Below, one piece after another: positions 7,775 to 16,754 of a DNA stretch of 32,000 nt. Origin of the DNA: Nitrosopumilus maritimus SCM1 (GTDB lineage Archaea; Thermoproteota; Nitrososphaeria; Nitrososphaerales; Nitrosopumilaceae); the NCBI RefSeq assembly GCF_000018465.1, contig NC_010085.1, positions 900,001-932,000 on the forward strand, in the 5' to 3' direction. Both the position numbers and the translations under genes were made by a program. Within the stretch, counting starts at the first letter, position 1, and each line of letters opens with the position of its first letter. The notes under the pieces were generated by a model. It did no database searches. It was given only the letters and a program-made list of their open reading frames with translations, and had not been told where the DNA came from.

Positions 7775-9073
7775 CTATGGTTTGTACTCTTCGGTAATTT
7801 CCTTAACGATTCCTGCTGCGATAGTAGCACCCATATCTCTAAGGGCGAATCTACCCATCTCAGGGAATTCTTGGAAAGTTTCGATACATGTTGGTCTCAC
7901 CGGTCTGATTTTTACAATTGCAGAGTCACCAACTTTGAGGAATTTTGGATTTTCTTCCTCAACTGCACCAGATGCTGGGTTGATCTTTTGTAAGAACTCA
8001 GTAACTGTTGCTGCAACTTGTGCAGTGTGTGCGTGCATAACTGGTGTGTAACCAGGTGCGATTGCTGTTGGGTGGTGAATTACAATAATTTGTGCTTTGA
8101 ATTCTTTTGCAACATTTGGTGGGTTGTCAGGACTTCCGAGAACATCTCCTCTCTTGATGTCTTTCTTCTCAACACCTCTAAGGTTGAAACCAATGTTATC
8201 ACCTGCTTCTGCAGATGGCATCTCTGTGTGGTGAGTTTCAATAGATTTGATTTCACCAGGAGCACCTGAAGGCATTACGACGATTTTGTCTCCTGCTTTC
8301 ATAACTCCGGTCTCAACTCTACCTACTGGAACGGTACCTACACCAGTGATGGTATAAACATCTTGGATTGGAACACGTAGTGGTTTACCGATTGGTTTTT
8401 CAGATACTGTAAAGTCATCAAATGCTTCAAGTAGTGTTTTACCAGAGTACCATGACATGTTTTCGGATTTTTTAACCAAGTTGTCACCTTTCCATCCAGA
8501 AACTGGAATGAATGGTACATTTTCTAGTTTGTAACCTACAGATTTTACTAATTTTTCACCTTTTTCTTTGGCTACTTTGAATGCTTCTTCAGAATAGTTG
8601 CTATCATCCATTTTGTTGATTGCAACGATTAGTTGGTTTACACCTAAAGTCTTAAGCAAGAATGCGTGTTCTCTTGCTTGACCACCTGCAGCAATTGCAG
8701 TATCGGTTTCACCTTCTTTAGCTGAAAGTACTAAGACTGCTGCGTCGGCTTCAGAAGCACCAGTAATCATGTTTTTAATAAAGTCCCTGTGACCAGGAGC
8801 GTCAATCAAAGTAAAGAAGTACTTTGGGGACTCGAATTTTTGGAATGCAAGATCGATTGTAATACCTCTCTCTCTTTCATCCTTAATGTTATCCATTACC
8901 CAAGCATACTTGAAAGTATCACCTTTTCCGGTCTTCTCGGATTCGGATGCATGGGATGCAATTGTTCTTTCATCTACAACGCCAAGATCCATCAAGAAAT
9001 GACCCATAGTTGTTGATTTTCCATTATCAATATGACCTGTAACAATCAGGTTCAAGTGTGGTTTATCTGCCAT
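7775..9073 (-). CDS. tuf: Translation elongation factor 1-alpha (aEF-1A)
   Basis: GTPase motifs GHIDNGKST (G1), DAPGH (G3) and NKMD (G4). 432 aa, archaeal-type domains II and III. Confidence 0.97.
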   Translation of the reverse strand: MADKPHLNLIVTGHIDNGKSTTMGHFLMDLGVVDERTIASHASESEKTGKGDTFKYAWVMDNIKDERERGITIDLAFQKFESPKYFFTLIDAPGHRDFIKNMITGASEADAAVLVLSAKEGETDTAIAAGGQAREHAFLLKTLGVNQLIVAINKMDDSNYSEEAFKVAKEKGEKLVKSVGYKLENVPFIPVSGWKGDNLVKKSENMSWYSGKTLLEAFDDFTVSEKPIGKPLRVPIQDVYTITGVGTVPVGRVETGVMKAGDKIVVMPSGAPGEIKSIETHHTEMPSAEAGDNIGFNLRGVEKKDIKRGDVLGSPDNPPNVAKEFKAQIIVIHHPTAIAPGYTPVMHAHTAQVAATVTEFLQKINPASGAVEEENPKFLKVGDSAIVKIRPVRPTCIETFQEFPEMGRFALRDMGATIAAGIVKEITEEYKP

Positions 9074-9108
9074 GTACAGTGCGTGTCTGAGGGCATTTAT
9101 TACTGTTA

Positions 9109-9130
9109 TGAATTTTTGAAGAAAAATTCA
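9109..9130. promoter_or_regulatory. Perfect 9-bp-arm palindrome TGAATTTTT-GAAG-AAAAATTCA in the divergent tuf/fbp intergenic region
   Basis: Read directly from the sequence. It lies just upstream of the TATA-like AGTAATAAAT of tuf and 65-86 nt upstream of the fbp ATG. Confidence 0.35.
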
Positions 9131-9194
9131 AAATTTTTCAATTAATTTCAGATCAGAAGACTTTGCTAAAAGCACATAAATCAAAGGGGCAAAA

Positions 9195-10340
9195 ATGGAA
9201 AATATGAAAATTACAGTTTCAGTTATCAAAGCCGATGTCGGCGGTGTCGGAGGACATACAAAACCTAGTGACGGATTATTAGACGCAATTAGAAATACCG
9301 TTAAAAATTCAGCAGATTTGCTTATCGATTATTACATTGGATATTGTGGTGATGACACCCATATCGTAATGTCTCACACTCATGGTGTAGACAATCAACA
9401 AATTCACAAACTAGCATGGGATGCATTCATGGCAGGAACTCAAGTTGCAAAAGAAGAGGGATTGTATGGTGCAGGACAAGACTTGCTCAAAGACTCTTTC
9501 TCTGGAAACGTAAAAGGAATGGGTCCAGGAGTTGCAGAAATGGAATTTGAAGAAAGACCAAATGAAGCATTTACAGTATTTGCAGCTGACAAAACAGAAC
9601 CAGGTGCATTCAACTATCCAATTTACAGAATGTTTGTAGATGCACTAAGTAACACAGGATTAATTGTAAACAAGAATCTTGCAGACGGGGTTAAAATTAA
9701 TATCATGGATGTTGAAAAGGCTCAGATTGCAGAGTTGCAATTATGGGAAGATAAACCAACAATTGAAGCAGCATTAATGTATCCAGGTAGATACGTTGTA
9801 GATTCAGTTACAACAAAAGATGGAGAACCAATTCTTGCCGCATCAACTGATAGATTACACAATATTGCAGGAACATATGTTGGAAAAGACGATCCAATTT
9901 GTGTTGTCAGAACACAAAAGAAATTCCCTGCAACTGAAGAAGTAGGAAGTGTGTTTAACAATCCACATTTTGTTGCAGGAAACACAAGAGGAAGTCATAA
10001 TATGCCATTAATGCCTGTAAAACTAAACTCTGCAGCTACAATCAACTTTTGTATTCCAATCGTTGAGGCACTTGTATTTAGTATGCATAACGGAAAGTTT
10101 ACAGGACCATTTGATGGATTCTCAACTCCAGATTGGGATCTAATCAGAGAGAGAGCAACAGAGAAAGCCATGGCAATTAGAAGCCAAGGATTTATCCATC
10201 CAGCAACACTTGTACCATCAGAACTAGAATATGCTGAAGGTTATAGAGCTAGAATGGATGTTCTTGAAAGTAAGATGAAACCAATGGAAGGAACTGATTC
10301 TAGCGGTGACAGAAAAGAGAATTACGAAGATCCAGATTAG
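9195..10340 (+). CDS. fbp: Bifunctional fructose-1,6-bisphosphate aldolase/phosphatase (class V FBPase); alternative start MKIT at 9204
   Basis: N-terminus KITVSVIKADVGGVGGHTKP and the ~380-aa length are characteristic of the archaeal FBP aldolase/phosphatase. Confidence 0.93.
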   Translation: MENMKITVSVIKADVGGVGGHTKPSDGLLDAIRNTVKNSADLLIDYYIGYCGDDTHIVMSHTHGVDNQQIHKLAWDAFMAGTQVAKEEGLYGAGQDLLKDSFSGNVKGMGPGVAEMEFEERPNEAFTVFAADKTEPGAFNYPIYRMFVDALSNTGLIVNKNLADGVKINIMDVEKAQIAELQLWEDKPTIEAALMYPGRYVVDSVTTKDGEPILAASTDRLHNIAGTYVGKDDPICVVRTQKKFPATEEVGSVFNNPHFVAGNTRGSHNMPLMPVKLNSAATINFCIPIVEALVFSMHNGKFTGPFDGFSTPDWDLIRERATEKAMAIRSQGFIHPATLVPSELEYAEGYRARMDVLESKMKPMEGTDSSGDRKENYEDPD

Positions 10341-10398
10341 TAATTTCAAAAACTGCAAATCATAAGAAATAGTTAAATCAAAACAGGCCGTACATTAT

Positions 10399-10815
10399 TT
10401 GACCAAGATGATTTTTCAGAAGATTTTTGATTGGAAAACATACATTTTCACAGCATTAGCAGTAATCTCATTTTCAAATTTCATGGCAGTATTATTTGGC
10501 CAGACCATACCAAATGTAGTACTAGACTTTTTCAAAGTTGCAGGAGAATACGTTGTGTTAGGAGCAGTCTTTGTATTTGCTCTTGCATGGTTACTCAAAG
10601 CAAAGCCTCACAATCGCCCAAAACAATACTCTGTAGTAGTCTTTGATGTGTATGGAAAAAAGAGCCAGATTGATGGATTGAGAACAGAATTCAAAACACA
10701 TGATGTGGCATGGAGTTTCATGAAACAATACAAGAAATCATACCCACTATACAATTTTGCGCTTGTATCAGATCTTCCAAAGTCAGACAAACCAACAATT
10801 TTCAGATACATCTAG
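10399..10815 (+). CDS. Hypothetical membrane protein with two predicted TM helices (TTG 10399 or ATG 10408 start)
   Basis: Hydrophobic segments YIFTALAVISFSNFMAVLF and YVVLGAVFVFALAWLL, followed by a ~60-aa basic soluble tail. Confidence 0.5.
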   Translation: MTKMIFQKIFDWKTYIFTALAVISFSNFMAVLFGQTIPNVVLDFFKVAGEYVVLGAVFVFALAWLLKAKPHNRPKQYSVVVFDVYGKKSQIDGLRTEFKTHDVAWSFMKQYKKSYPLYNFALVSDLPKSDKPTIFRYI

Positions 10816-10851
10816 ATTCAATTTTTATTCCACAGTACACTAAGTATTAGA

Positions 10852-12618
10852 ATGGAGTTTTCTATCTTAGCTGATTCGTTTAACAAGATGGAATCAACTA
10901 GAAAAAGATTAGAACTAACACAGTACTTGGTAGAATTATTTAAAAAAACTCCACAAGAAGTGATTTCAAAGATAGTCTATTTACTTCAAGGAAAACTAAG
11001 ACCAGACTTTGAAGGAGTGGAGTTGGGAGTTGCAGAAAAACTTGCAATAAGAGCAATCTCAAAATCTTCAGGAATACCAATTAAAAAAATTGAAGAAGAA
11101 TACAGAAAAGGTGGAGACTTGGGGCATGCAGCCACTACAATTCTAGAGCAAAAAACGCAGACAACATTTCTCGTAGAAGACATTACAGTTGAACGAGTCT
11201 ATGAGACATTATTCAAGATTGCAAAGTTAGAGGGCAATAGATCACAAGACATGAAGATGAAATACATTTCAAGCTTACTTAATGATGCAAGTCCGTTAGA
11301 GGCAAGCTTTATTCTAAAAATATTGTTAGGTACACTAAGACTAGGAATTGCAGAAAATACTGTAATGGATGCATTAGCATTAGCATTTTCAGGCAACAAA
11401 GAAAATAGAAAAATTTTGGAGCATGCATACAATGTTTCTAGTGATTTGGGAAAAGTTGCAGAAGTTTTAGCAACTGAAGGATTAGCAGAAGTTGAAAAAT
11501 TCAAAATAATTTTGTTTAATCCAATCAGACCAATGCTTGCAGACAGAGTAAAGAGCGAACAAGAAGCAATTGAAAAAATGGGGAATGAATTTGCAGCTGA
11601 ATACAAATTAGATGGAGAAAGAGTACAACTACACATAGAAGGAGACAAAGTAGTTTTATTTTCAAGAAGTTTAGAAAATATTTCAAGTTATTATCCAGAT
11701 ATTATAGAAAAAATTCCAAAAACAATTCAAGCAGAAAATATTGTACTAGAGGCAGAAGCAGTAGCAATCAATGAAAACACAGGAGAGTTTTTGCCATTTC
11801 AAGAATTAATGCATAGAAGAAGAAAATACAAAATAGAAAAAGCAGTTACACAATATCCCATAACGGTAAATCTCTTTGATATCTTGTATTGTAATGGAAA
11901 GAGTTGTCTTGAATTAGACTATAAAGAAAGAAGAGAAAAAATGGAAAAAGTGGTAAAAGAAGATGATTTTGTAAAGCACATTCCCATGGCCATTGTCAAA
12001 AATGAAAATGATATTGAAGACTTTTTTGAAAACAGCATCAATGCAGGAAGTGAAGGACTAATGCTAAAGACGCTTGTTAGTCCATATCAAGCAGGTTCAA
12101 GAGGAAGTCACTGGTTAAAACTGAAAAGAGAATATCAAAATGAACTTGGAGATAGTTTAGATCTTGTTGTGATAGGAGGATTCTTTGGGAAAGGAAGACG
12201 GACAGGAAACTATGGAACTTTATTGTTAGCAACATACGAAGAAGATGAAGATACATTCACCAGCATTTGTAAAGTTGGAACAGGTTTTTCAGATGAAGAT
12301 TTAGATCAATTATATCAAATTCTAAATCCCAAAGTAACAATCAAGAAAAATCCGCGTATTAATAGTGAAATGGAAGCAGATGTTTGGTTTGAACCAGAAT
12401 TAGTAATAGAGGTGGTTGCATCAGAGATTACACTTAGTCCAATTCACAAAGCAGCTAGAGACAAAATTAGAAAGGGAGCAGGACTTGCATTGAGATTTCC
12501 AAAATTTACAGGAAAGATGAGAGTTGAAAAAATGGCAGAAGATGCATCTACTAATGAAGAAGTGATCACATTATACCAAGGTCAGAAAAAAGTGGCACAT
12601 GACAAAAGTCTCATGTAA
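10852..12618 (+). CDS. lig: ATP-dependent DNA ligase
   Basis: Adenylation motif I AAEYKLDGERVQ (KxDG), motif III LFDILY, motif IV SEGLMLK and motif V HWLKLKREY. 588 aa with an N-terminal DNA-binding domain. Confidence 0.95.
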   Translation: MEFSILADSFNKMESTRKRLELTQYLVELFKKTPQEVISKIVYLLQGKLRPDFEGVELGVAEKLAIRAISKSSGIPIKKIEEEYRKGGDLGHAATTILEQKTQTTFLVEDITVERVYETLFKIAKLEGNRSQDMKMKYISSLLNDASPLEASFILKILLGTLRLGIAENTVMDALALAFSGNKENRKILEHAYNVSSDLGKVAEVLATEGLAEVEKFKIILFNPIRPMLADRVKSEQEAIEKMGNEFAAEYKLDGERVQLHIEGDKVVLFSRSLENISSYYPDIIEKIPKTIQAENIVLEAEAVAINENTGEFLPFQELMHRRRKYKIEKAVTQYPITVNLFDILYCNGKSCLELDYKERREKMEKVVKEDDFVKHIPMAIVKNENDIEDFFENSINAGSEGLMLKTLVSPYQAGSRGSHWLKLKREYQNELGDSLDLVVIGGFFGKGRRTGNYGTLLLATYEEDEDTFTSICKVGTGFSDEDLDQLYQILNPKVTIKKNPRINSEMEADVWFEPELVIEVVASEITLSPIHKAARDKIRKGAGLALRFPKFTGKMRVEKMAEDASTNEEVITLYQGQKKVAHDKSLM

Positions 12619-12663
12619 TCATGCTCAAAAGATATCAAAAATCATAGAGGATTTAAATTACCA

Positions 12664-13338
12664 TTGGATTTGGTAGTTTTTGTTATGTATAGCGGAGAGC
12701 TTGAAGTTCAAGCAAAAAGAAAGGCTATAGCAGTTTTACAAGACGAAATCAATAGAATTCTAAATGCATCTAGAGAACTGGCAACACTTCCAGAACTAAT
12801 GATGAAAAAAGACAAGACAGGAATCAAAAACACATTAGAACAAATTTCTACAATTGAAGAAGAAGTAGAAAATCTAAGAAGAAAAATTACACGCGAAGTA
12901 GCAGATGTTGGAGGTTTAATCATGAACAGAGAAAATCTCCTAAACACAGCATATACAATGGATGAGATTGCAGGTTACATCACTGGAATTTCATTCAAAC
13001 TATCAAATGTAAAACCAACTACTCTGAAAAGTGCAAAACTAGACAAAGACTTGACAAAACTAATCGAATTAGTTGTAGATGAAGTCTACAAACTAAATGA
13101 AATCATTAGAAGTCTTAACACAAACACTGCAAGCGCAATTGAGTTAGCACAAGAAACACAAACAATTGAAAGAGAAATAGACATCAAATACAGACAAGCA
13201 ACAATAAAGCTTCTAACAGAAGTAACAAACACCAAAGAATTAATGTTAATGAAAGACGTGATTGAGGGAATTGAAGAAATGGCAGACAAATGCCAGAGAG
13301 TATCAGATTCTTTCATTTTGTTAGCATTGAGCCTATAA
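12664..13338 (+). CDS. DUF47 / PhoU-like family protein (likely true start ATG 12685, MYSGELEV...)
   Basis: All-helical. EEEVENLRRKITREVA....IMNRENLLNTAYTMDEIAGYI and a C-terminal EGIEEMADKCQRVSDSF resemble the DUF47 pattern (E.eaD.lrr.i...l....i.dRedl..l...lDdI.d.i). Confidence 0.5.
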   Translation: MDLVVFVMYSGELEVQAKRKAIAVLQDEINRILNASRELATLPELMMKKDKTGIKNTLEQISTIEEEVENLRRKITREVADVGGLIMNRENLLNTAYTMDEIAGYITGISFKLSNVKPTTLKSAKLDKDLTKLIELVVDEVYKLNEIIRSLNTNTASAIELAQETQTIEREIDIKYRQATIKLLTEVTNTKELMLMKDVIEGIEEMADKCQRVSDSFILLALSL

Positions 13339-13429
13339 GCAAATCACATCTACATTTTTACTTTATTTTCTATTTTCATAAGCATCATTAATCTAATGAA
13401 TTCATATACACTAGAAGTTTTGAAAAATT

Positions 13430-13966
13430 ATGAAAGGAGAATTAATTGAAAACAGAGTGATTGTTTGGAATATTGAAGATTCTCGAAAGCTGTTTGGTGG
13501 CGGATATTATGGGAAACCCATAGGCATTCCAAAACCAAAAATCGAAGAGATTGATGCTCCTCTTGTTTTAGATTTAATTGAATCGTTATACTTACTAGAA
13601 AATAAAAAAATATCAATTTCAAAATCAAAACATAAAGTTACAGTAGAACAAATGATAGATATTTGTAAAAATGAACATCATGATTTTGATAAAAAATATT
13701 TAGTGTACAAGAACTTTAGAGATAAAGGATACATCATTAATCCAGGAATAAAGTTTGGTTGTGATTTTGCAGTTTATGAGAAAGGTCCAGGAATAGACCA
13801 CGCACCATTTTTGATTCAAGTGTACAATAGAAGTGAACCAATAACGTCAACAGGAATTGTACTTGCAGGTAGACTTGCAACGTCAGTGAAAAAACAATTC
13901 ATCTTAGCAATTCCCAAAGGTAAAGACAATGTAGATTTTTTGGCTTTAGATTGGTGGAAAGCCTAA
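13430..13966 (+). CDS. endA: tRNA-splicing endonuclease (tRNA-intron lyase), catalytic-type subunit
   Basis: YLVYKNFRDKGYIINPGIKFGCDFAVYEKGPG.DHAPFLIQV...LAGRLATSVKK matches the catalytic C-terminal domain of archaeal EndA. Confidence 0.88.
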   Translation: MKGELIENRVIVWNIEDSRKLFGGGYYGKPIGIPKPKIEEIDAPLVLDLIESLYLLENKKISISKSKHKVTVEQMIDICKNEHHDFDKKYLVYKNFRDKGYIINPGIKFGCDFAVYEKGPGIDHAPFLIQVYNRSEPITSTGIVLAGRLATSVKKQFILAIPKGKDNVDFLALDWWKA

Positions 13967-14011
13967 ACTGACAAAACAAATCAAAAAAGAGCTTTCTCCA
14001 TACTTTAGAAA

Positions 14012-16327
14012 TCATCTTACAGGTTTGTCAGATACTAGAAAAGATAATTGTGCCACTTGTTCACCACGATATTCAGTAATTATTTCGTAGGTTCCTTCCA
14101 TCCAGTGTTTGTTAAGAACTACAGGCATGGAATAAAATCCATCACTATTTACAATAGCAGTCATGTGTTTTGTGATTTTATCTGGATGAATAATTATGAT
14201 TTTAACAGTATTTGATGTAGATAGTTCTTGAATATGTCCAGAGATATTCATGTGGAGATCCCTTGACGAAGTAACATACACATCATTATTTTCAATTATT
14301 AACGAGCCCCCAGAGGTAGATTTTACAAGTAATGTTGGTTGTGATTCATCAAAACTAGTCTCTGGTTTTTCAAAATCTGCACCATATACAATGACAGAGC
14401 CATTAGCCCAAGGATGAAGTGCACAATAATAATCATAGATTCCTTTGTAAGGAAATTCATGTTGTACTGTTTGACCAGGAAACAAAATGTATCCAAATCT
14501 ATTATCATTATTATTAACAGAACCACTAGTTACAGTGTGTGTAAAAGAATCGGTGTTAAACCAAGTTATAATTCCCCCTTCTAAGATTTTTGCATCGGAG
14601 GGAGTAAAACATGAATCATCCATTTTACATGTGGGATTTGATGTACCATGAGTAATTTCAACTTCTTCAGTAAGATTAACCTCATCAACATGATCAGTAT
14701 TTGATTGAGGATTAGAGATTTCCCAAATATCATCAACTTGAACAAATGAAGGGATTCTAGATTCATGCCAGGATTGCAGTAGAATATTAGATGAAGTCAT
14801 AGGCTTTTGAAACATCAAATCAAGATTAATCCATAACCATTCATCTTCATAAGAAGGATATACTTCAACATACTTGAAAATATCATTAGGATCTATAACA
14901 TCAAGAGGTTTTCCTTTATCAAAAATAATTTCAACGTCACTGTTTTCTACAGTTGTAGAGGATGTAGAATAAGTGTATAATGAAAGATGTTCAATTTTTG
15001 AACTTGAAAGCATATCCCATAAACGAATTTGAAGTTGAACTGGTTGATTTGTTTCTGCAAAGAATTTAGGAGCTAGTGTTTTTTTAGAAAAATCATGATA
15101 TAGTCCTAATTTTTTATACGCTCCCATTTCTTTGTAATTCTTAAAATCAGTTTCATCTGAAAATTTACTGTATGGGAAATATTGATCAAATGGGAGATTA
15201 AGAGGAGCATCATATTCTTTGGTATCACCATCATCACCAACATGTGTTGTGAATTTGTAAAGACCAATTCCTTGAATTTGTGGAGGAGGTCTAATTTTTG
15301 ACGTGCCTGTAGAGGTATCAACAGGGGGCAAATAAACACCAGGTAGTAACGTAGTCTCAGTTACAATAGTTGATGAACGACCAATATCAATTGCGTTAAT
15401 TGCAGCAACTTTGTAACGATATCTTGTATCAGGATCTAAACCTTGATCAGAATATGTTGTGTTTGTATTGCCAGTATCAGCAATGTAGATTTCCCAAGGG
15501 TCTGATGCTTTTTTGCGTTCAATTTGGTATCCTGTTATTGGAGACTCACCATCGTATGGTTCATTCCAAGACAAGTTTATCTGAGTATGGCTAATTGCAG
15601 TCGCAGTAAGTCCTGTTACTCTATCGGGTTCTGTTATCTCAGTAGTTGTAGCAGCTTTGGCAGTGGATGCAGTTCCAATCCCAATTGCATTAATTGCAGC
15701 AACTTTGTAACGATATCTTGTATCAGGATCTAAACCTTGATCAGAATATGTTGTGTTTGTATTGCCAGTATCAGCAATGTAGATTTCCCAAGGGTCTGAT
15801 GCTTTTTTGCGTTCAATTTGGTATCCTGTTATTGGAGACTCACCATCGTATGGTTCATTCCAAGACAAGTCAATTTGTGTTGGACTGATTGTAGTGGCCG
15901 AGAGTCCTGTTACTCTATTTGGTTCTGTTATTGCAAAAGTTGTAGCAGCTTTGGCAGTGGATGAACGACCAATATCAATTGCGTTAATTGCAGCAACTTT
16001 GTAACGATATCTTGTATCAGGATCTAAACCTTGATCAGAATATGTTGTGTTTGTATTGCCAGTATCAGCAATGTAGATTTCCCAAGGGTCTGATGCTTTT
16101 TTGCGTTCAATTTGGTATCCTGTTATTGGCAATCCTCCGTCAGAAGGTTCATTCCAAGACAAGTCAATCTGGGTCGTACTGATTGCAGTTGCAGAAAGTC
16201 CCCTCACTCTATCGGGTTTAGTTTGAGCAAATGCATCTTCACTTAACATAAATGAAAATAATACAGATAATGAAAGAAATAAAAAAAATATTTTTTTATT
16301 CATATTCATAGTGAAAAATGAGCGCAT
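14012..16327 (-). CDS. Secreted multidomain protein: signal peptide, 3 x fibronectin type III, unknown ~230-aa region, amicyanin-like cupredoxin domain, C-terminal Ig-like domain
   Basis: The N-terminus KKIFFLFLSLSVLFSFMLSEDAFAQ is a signal peptide (alternative starts at 16309 and 16303). There are three 98-aa FN3 units (LSWNEP..G..PITGYQIERK...Y.V.AIN). The cupredoxin ligand motifs are WFNTDSFTHTVTSG and YDYYCALHPWANGSVIV. Confidence 0.85.
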   Translation of the reverse strand: MRSFFTMNMNKKIFFLFLSLSVLFSFMLSEDAFAQTKPDRVRGLSATAISTTQIDLSWNEPSDGGLPITGYQIERKKASDPWEIYIADTGNTNTTYSDQGLDPDTRYRYKVAAINAIDIGRSSTAKAATTFAITEPNRVTGLSATTISPTQIDLSWNEPYDGESPITGYQIERKKASDPWEIYIADTGNTNTTYSDQGLDPDTRYRYKVAAINAIGIGTASTAKAATTTEITEPDRVTGLTATAISHTQINLSWNEPYDGESPITGYQIERKKASDPWEIYIADTGNTNTTYSDQGLDPDTRYRYKVAAINAIDIGRSSTIVTETTLLPGVYLPPVDTSTGTSKIRPPPQIQGIGLYKFTTHVGDDGDTKEYDAPLNLPFDQYFPYSKFSDETDFKNYKEMGAYKKLGLYHDFSKKTLAPKFFAETNQPVQLQIRLWDMLSSSKIEHLSLYTYSTSSTTVENSDVEIIFDKGKPLDVIDPNDIFKYVEVYPSYEDEWLWINLDLMFQKPMTSSNILLQSWHESRIPSFVQVDDIWEISNPQSNTDHVDEVNLTEEVEITHGTSNPTCKMDDSCFTPSDAKILEGGIITWFNTDSFTHTVTSGSVNNNDNRFGYILFPGQTVQHEFPYKGIYDYYCALHPWANGSVIVYGADFEKPETSFDESQPTLLVKSTSGGSLIIENNDVYVTSSRDLHMNISGHIQELSTSNTVKIIIIHPDKITKHMTAIVNSDGFYSMPVVLNKHWMEGTYEIITEYRGEQVAQLSFLVSDKPVR
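15353..16222 (-). repeat. Three tandem 294-bp intragenic repeats (FN3 units) with long stretches of 100% nucleotide identity
   Basis: A ~177-nt block (ttgcagcaactttgtaacgatatcttgtatcagg...ccaagacaagt) is identical at 15400 and 15694, and identical for ~150 nt at 15988. This produces three identical spurious antisense ORFs spaced exactly 294 nt apart in the track. Confidence 0.95.
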
Positions 16328-16374
16328 AAAAGGATGAATTTGATTTTTGAATTTGATAATATTATCAAATAGTG

Positions 16375-16752
16375 TTAAACAGATTTTATGTGACCGGCAA
16401 TACGATCATAGATATCAAAAAGCTCTTTTGTGATTCCAAATGCCAAATGGTTATCCCATTTACTACGAATTCTAACTGCATTCTCAGTAGGTTCAACATA
16501 GATGGTTGCATCTTTTACTGATTGTTGTGCAATCATCTCATTTAATTCAGAATCATGATTTAGTTTTTCAGCAAGAGCACCAGTGCCATTCCAACTTACA
16601 CTTTCAACAGTTTTTGCTGCAAAATGACCTCTAGTTTTGAGTTGTGTTTTTGCAACAAAGTTACCAACGTTTCTACCAGTGTCTTTTCTAACGATAAAGT
16701 GTGCTTGATATCTGTCTAGTGCGCCCCAAGGCATTGGATTTGGATCTTGCAT
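16375..16752 (-). CDS. Hypothetical protein (125 aa), downstream partner of a 2-nt-spaced pair
   Basis: ORF with ordinary composition and no motif recognised. Its ATG lies 2 nt after the stop of the upstream ORF. Confidence 0.5.
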   Translation of the reverse strand: MQDPNPMPWGALDRYQAHFIVRKDTGRNVGNFVAKTQLKTRGHFAAKTVESVSWNGTGALAEKLNHDSELNEMIAQQSVKDATIYVEPTENAVRIRSKWDNHLAFGITKELFDIYDRIAGHIKSV

Positions 16753-16754
16753 TT

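Noticed and set aside
7594-9016. Plus-strand ORFs inside rps10 and tuf (7594, 7755, 8018, 8789) and short minus-strand alternative-frame ORFs (8080, 8338)
   Set aside because: All lie within the unambiguous S10 and EF-1alpha coding regions. They have no motifs and odd Cys/Trp-rich composition.
10986-11648. Antisense ORFs within the DNA ligase gene (65 and 149 aa)
   Set aside because: They are fully embedded in lig, Ser/Leu/Asn low-complexity, and have no independent start context.
15400-16182. Three identical 64-aa plus-strand ORFs (15400, 15694, 15988) and other ORFs inside the FN3/cupredoxin gene
   Set aside because: They are antisense read-throughs of the 294-bp FN3 repeats. Their identity simply mirrors the DNA repeat, they are Cys/Gln/Leu low-complexity, and they lie fully inside a strongly supported minus-strand gene. 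The regular 294-bp spacing is also not a CRISPR array, since the units are contiguous, coding and have no spacers.
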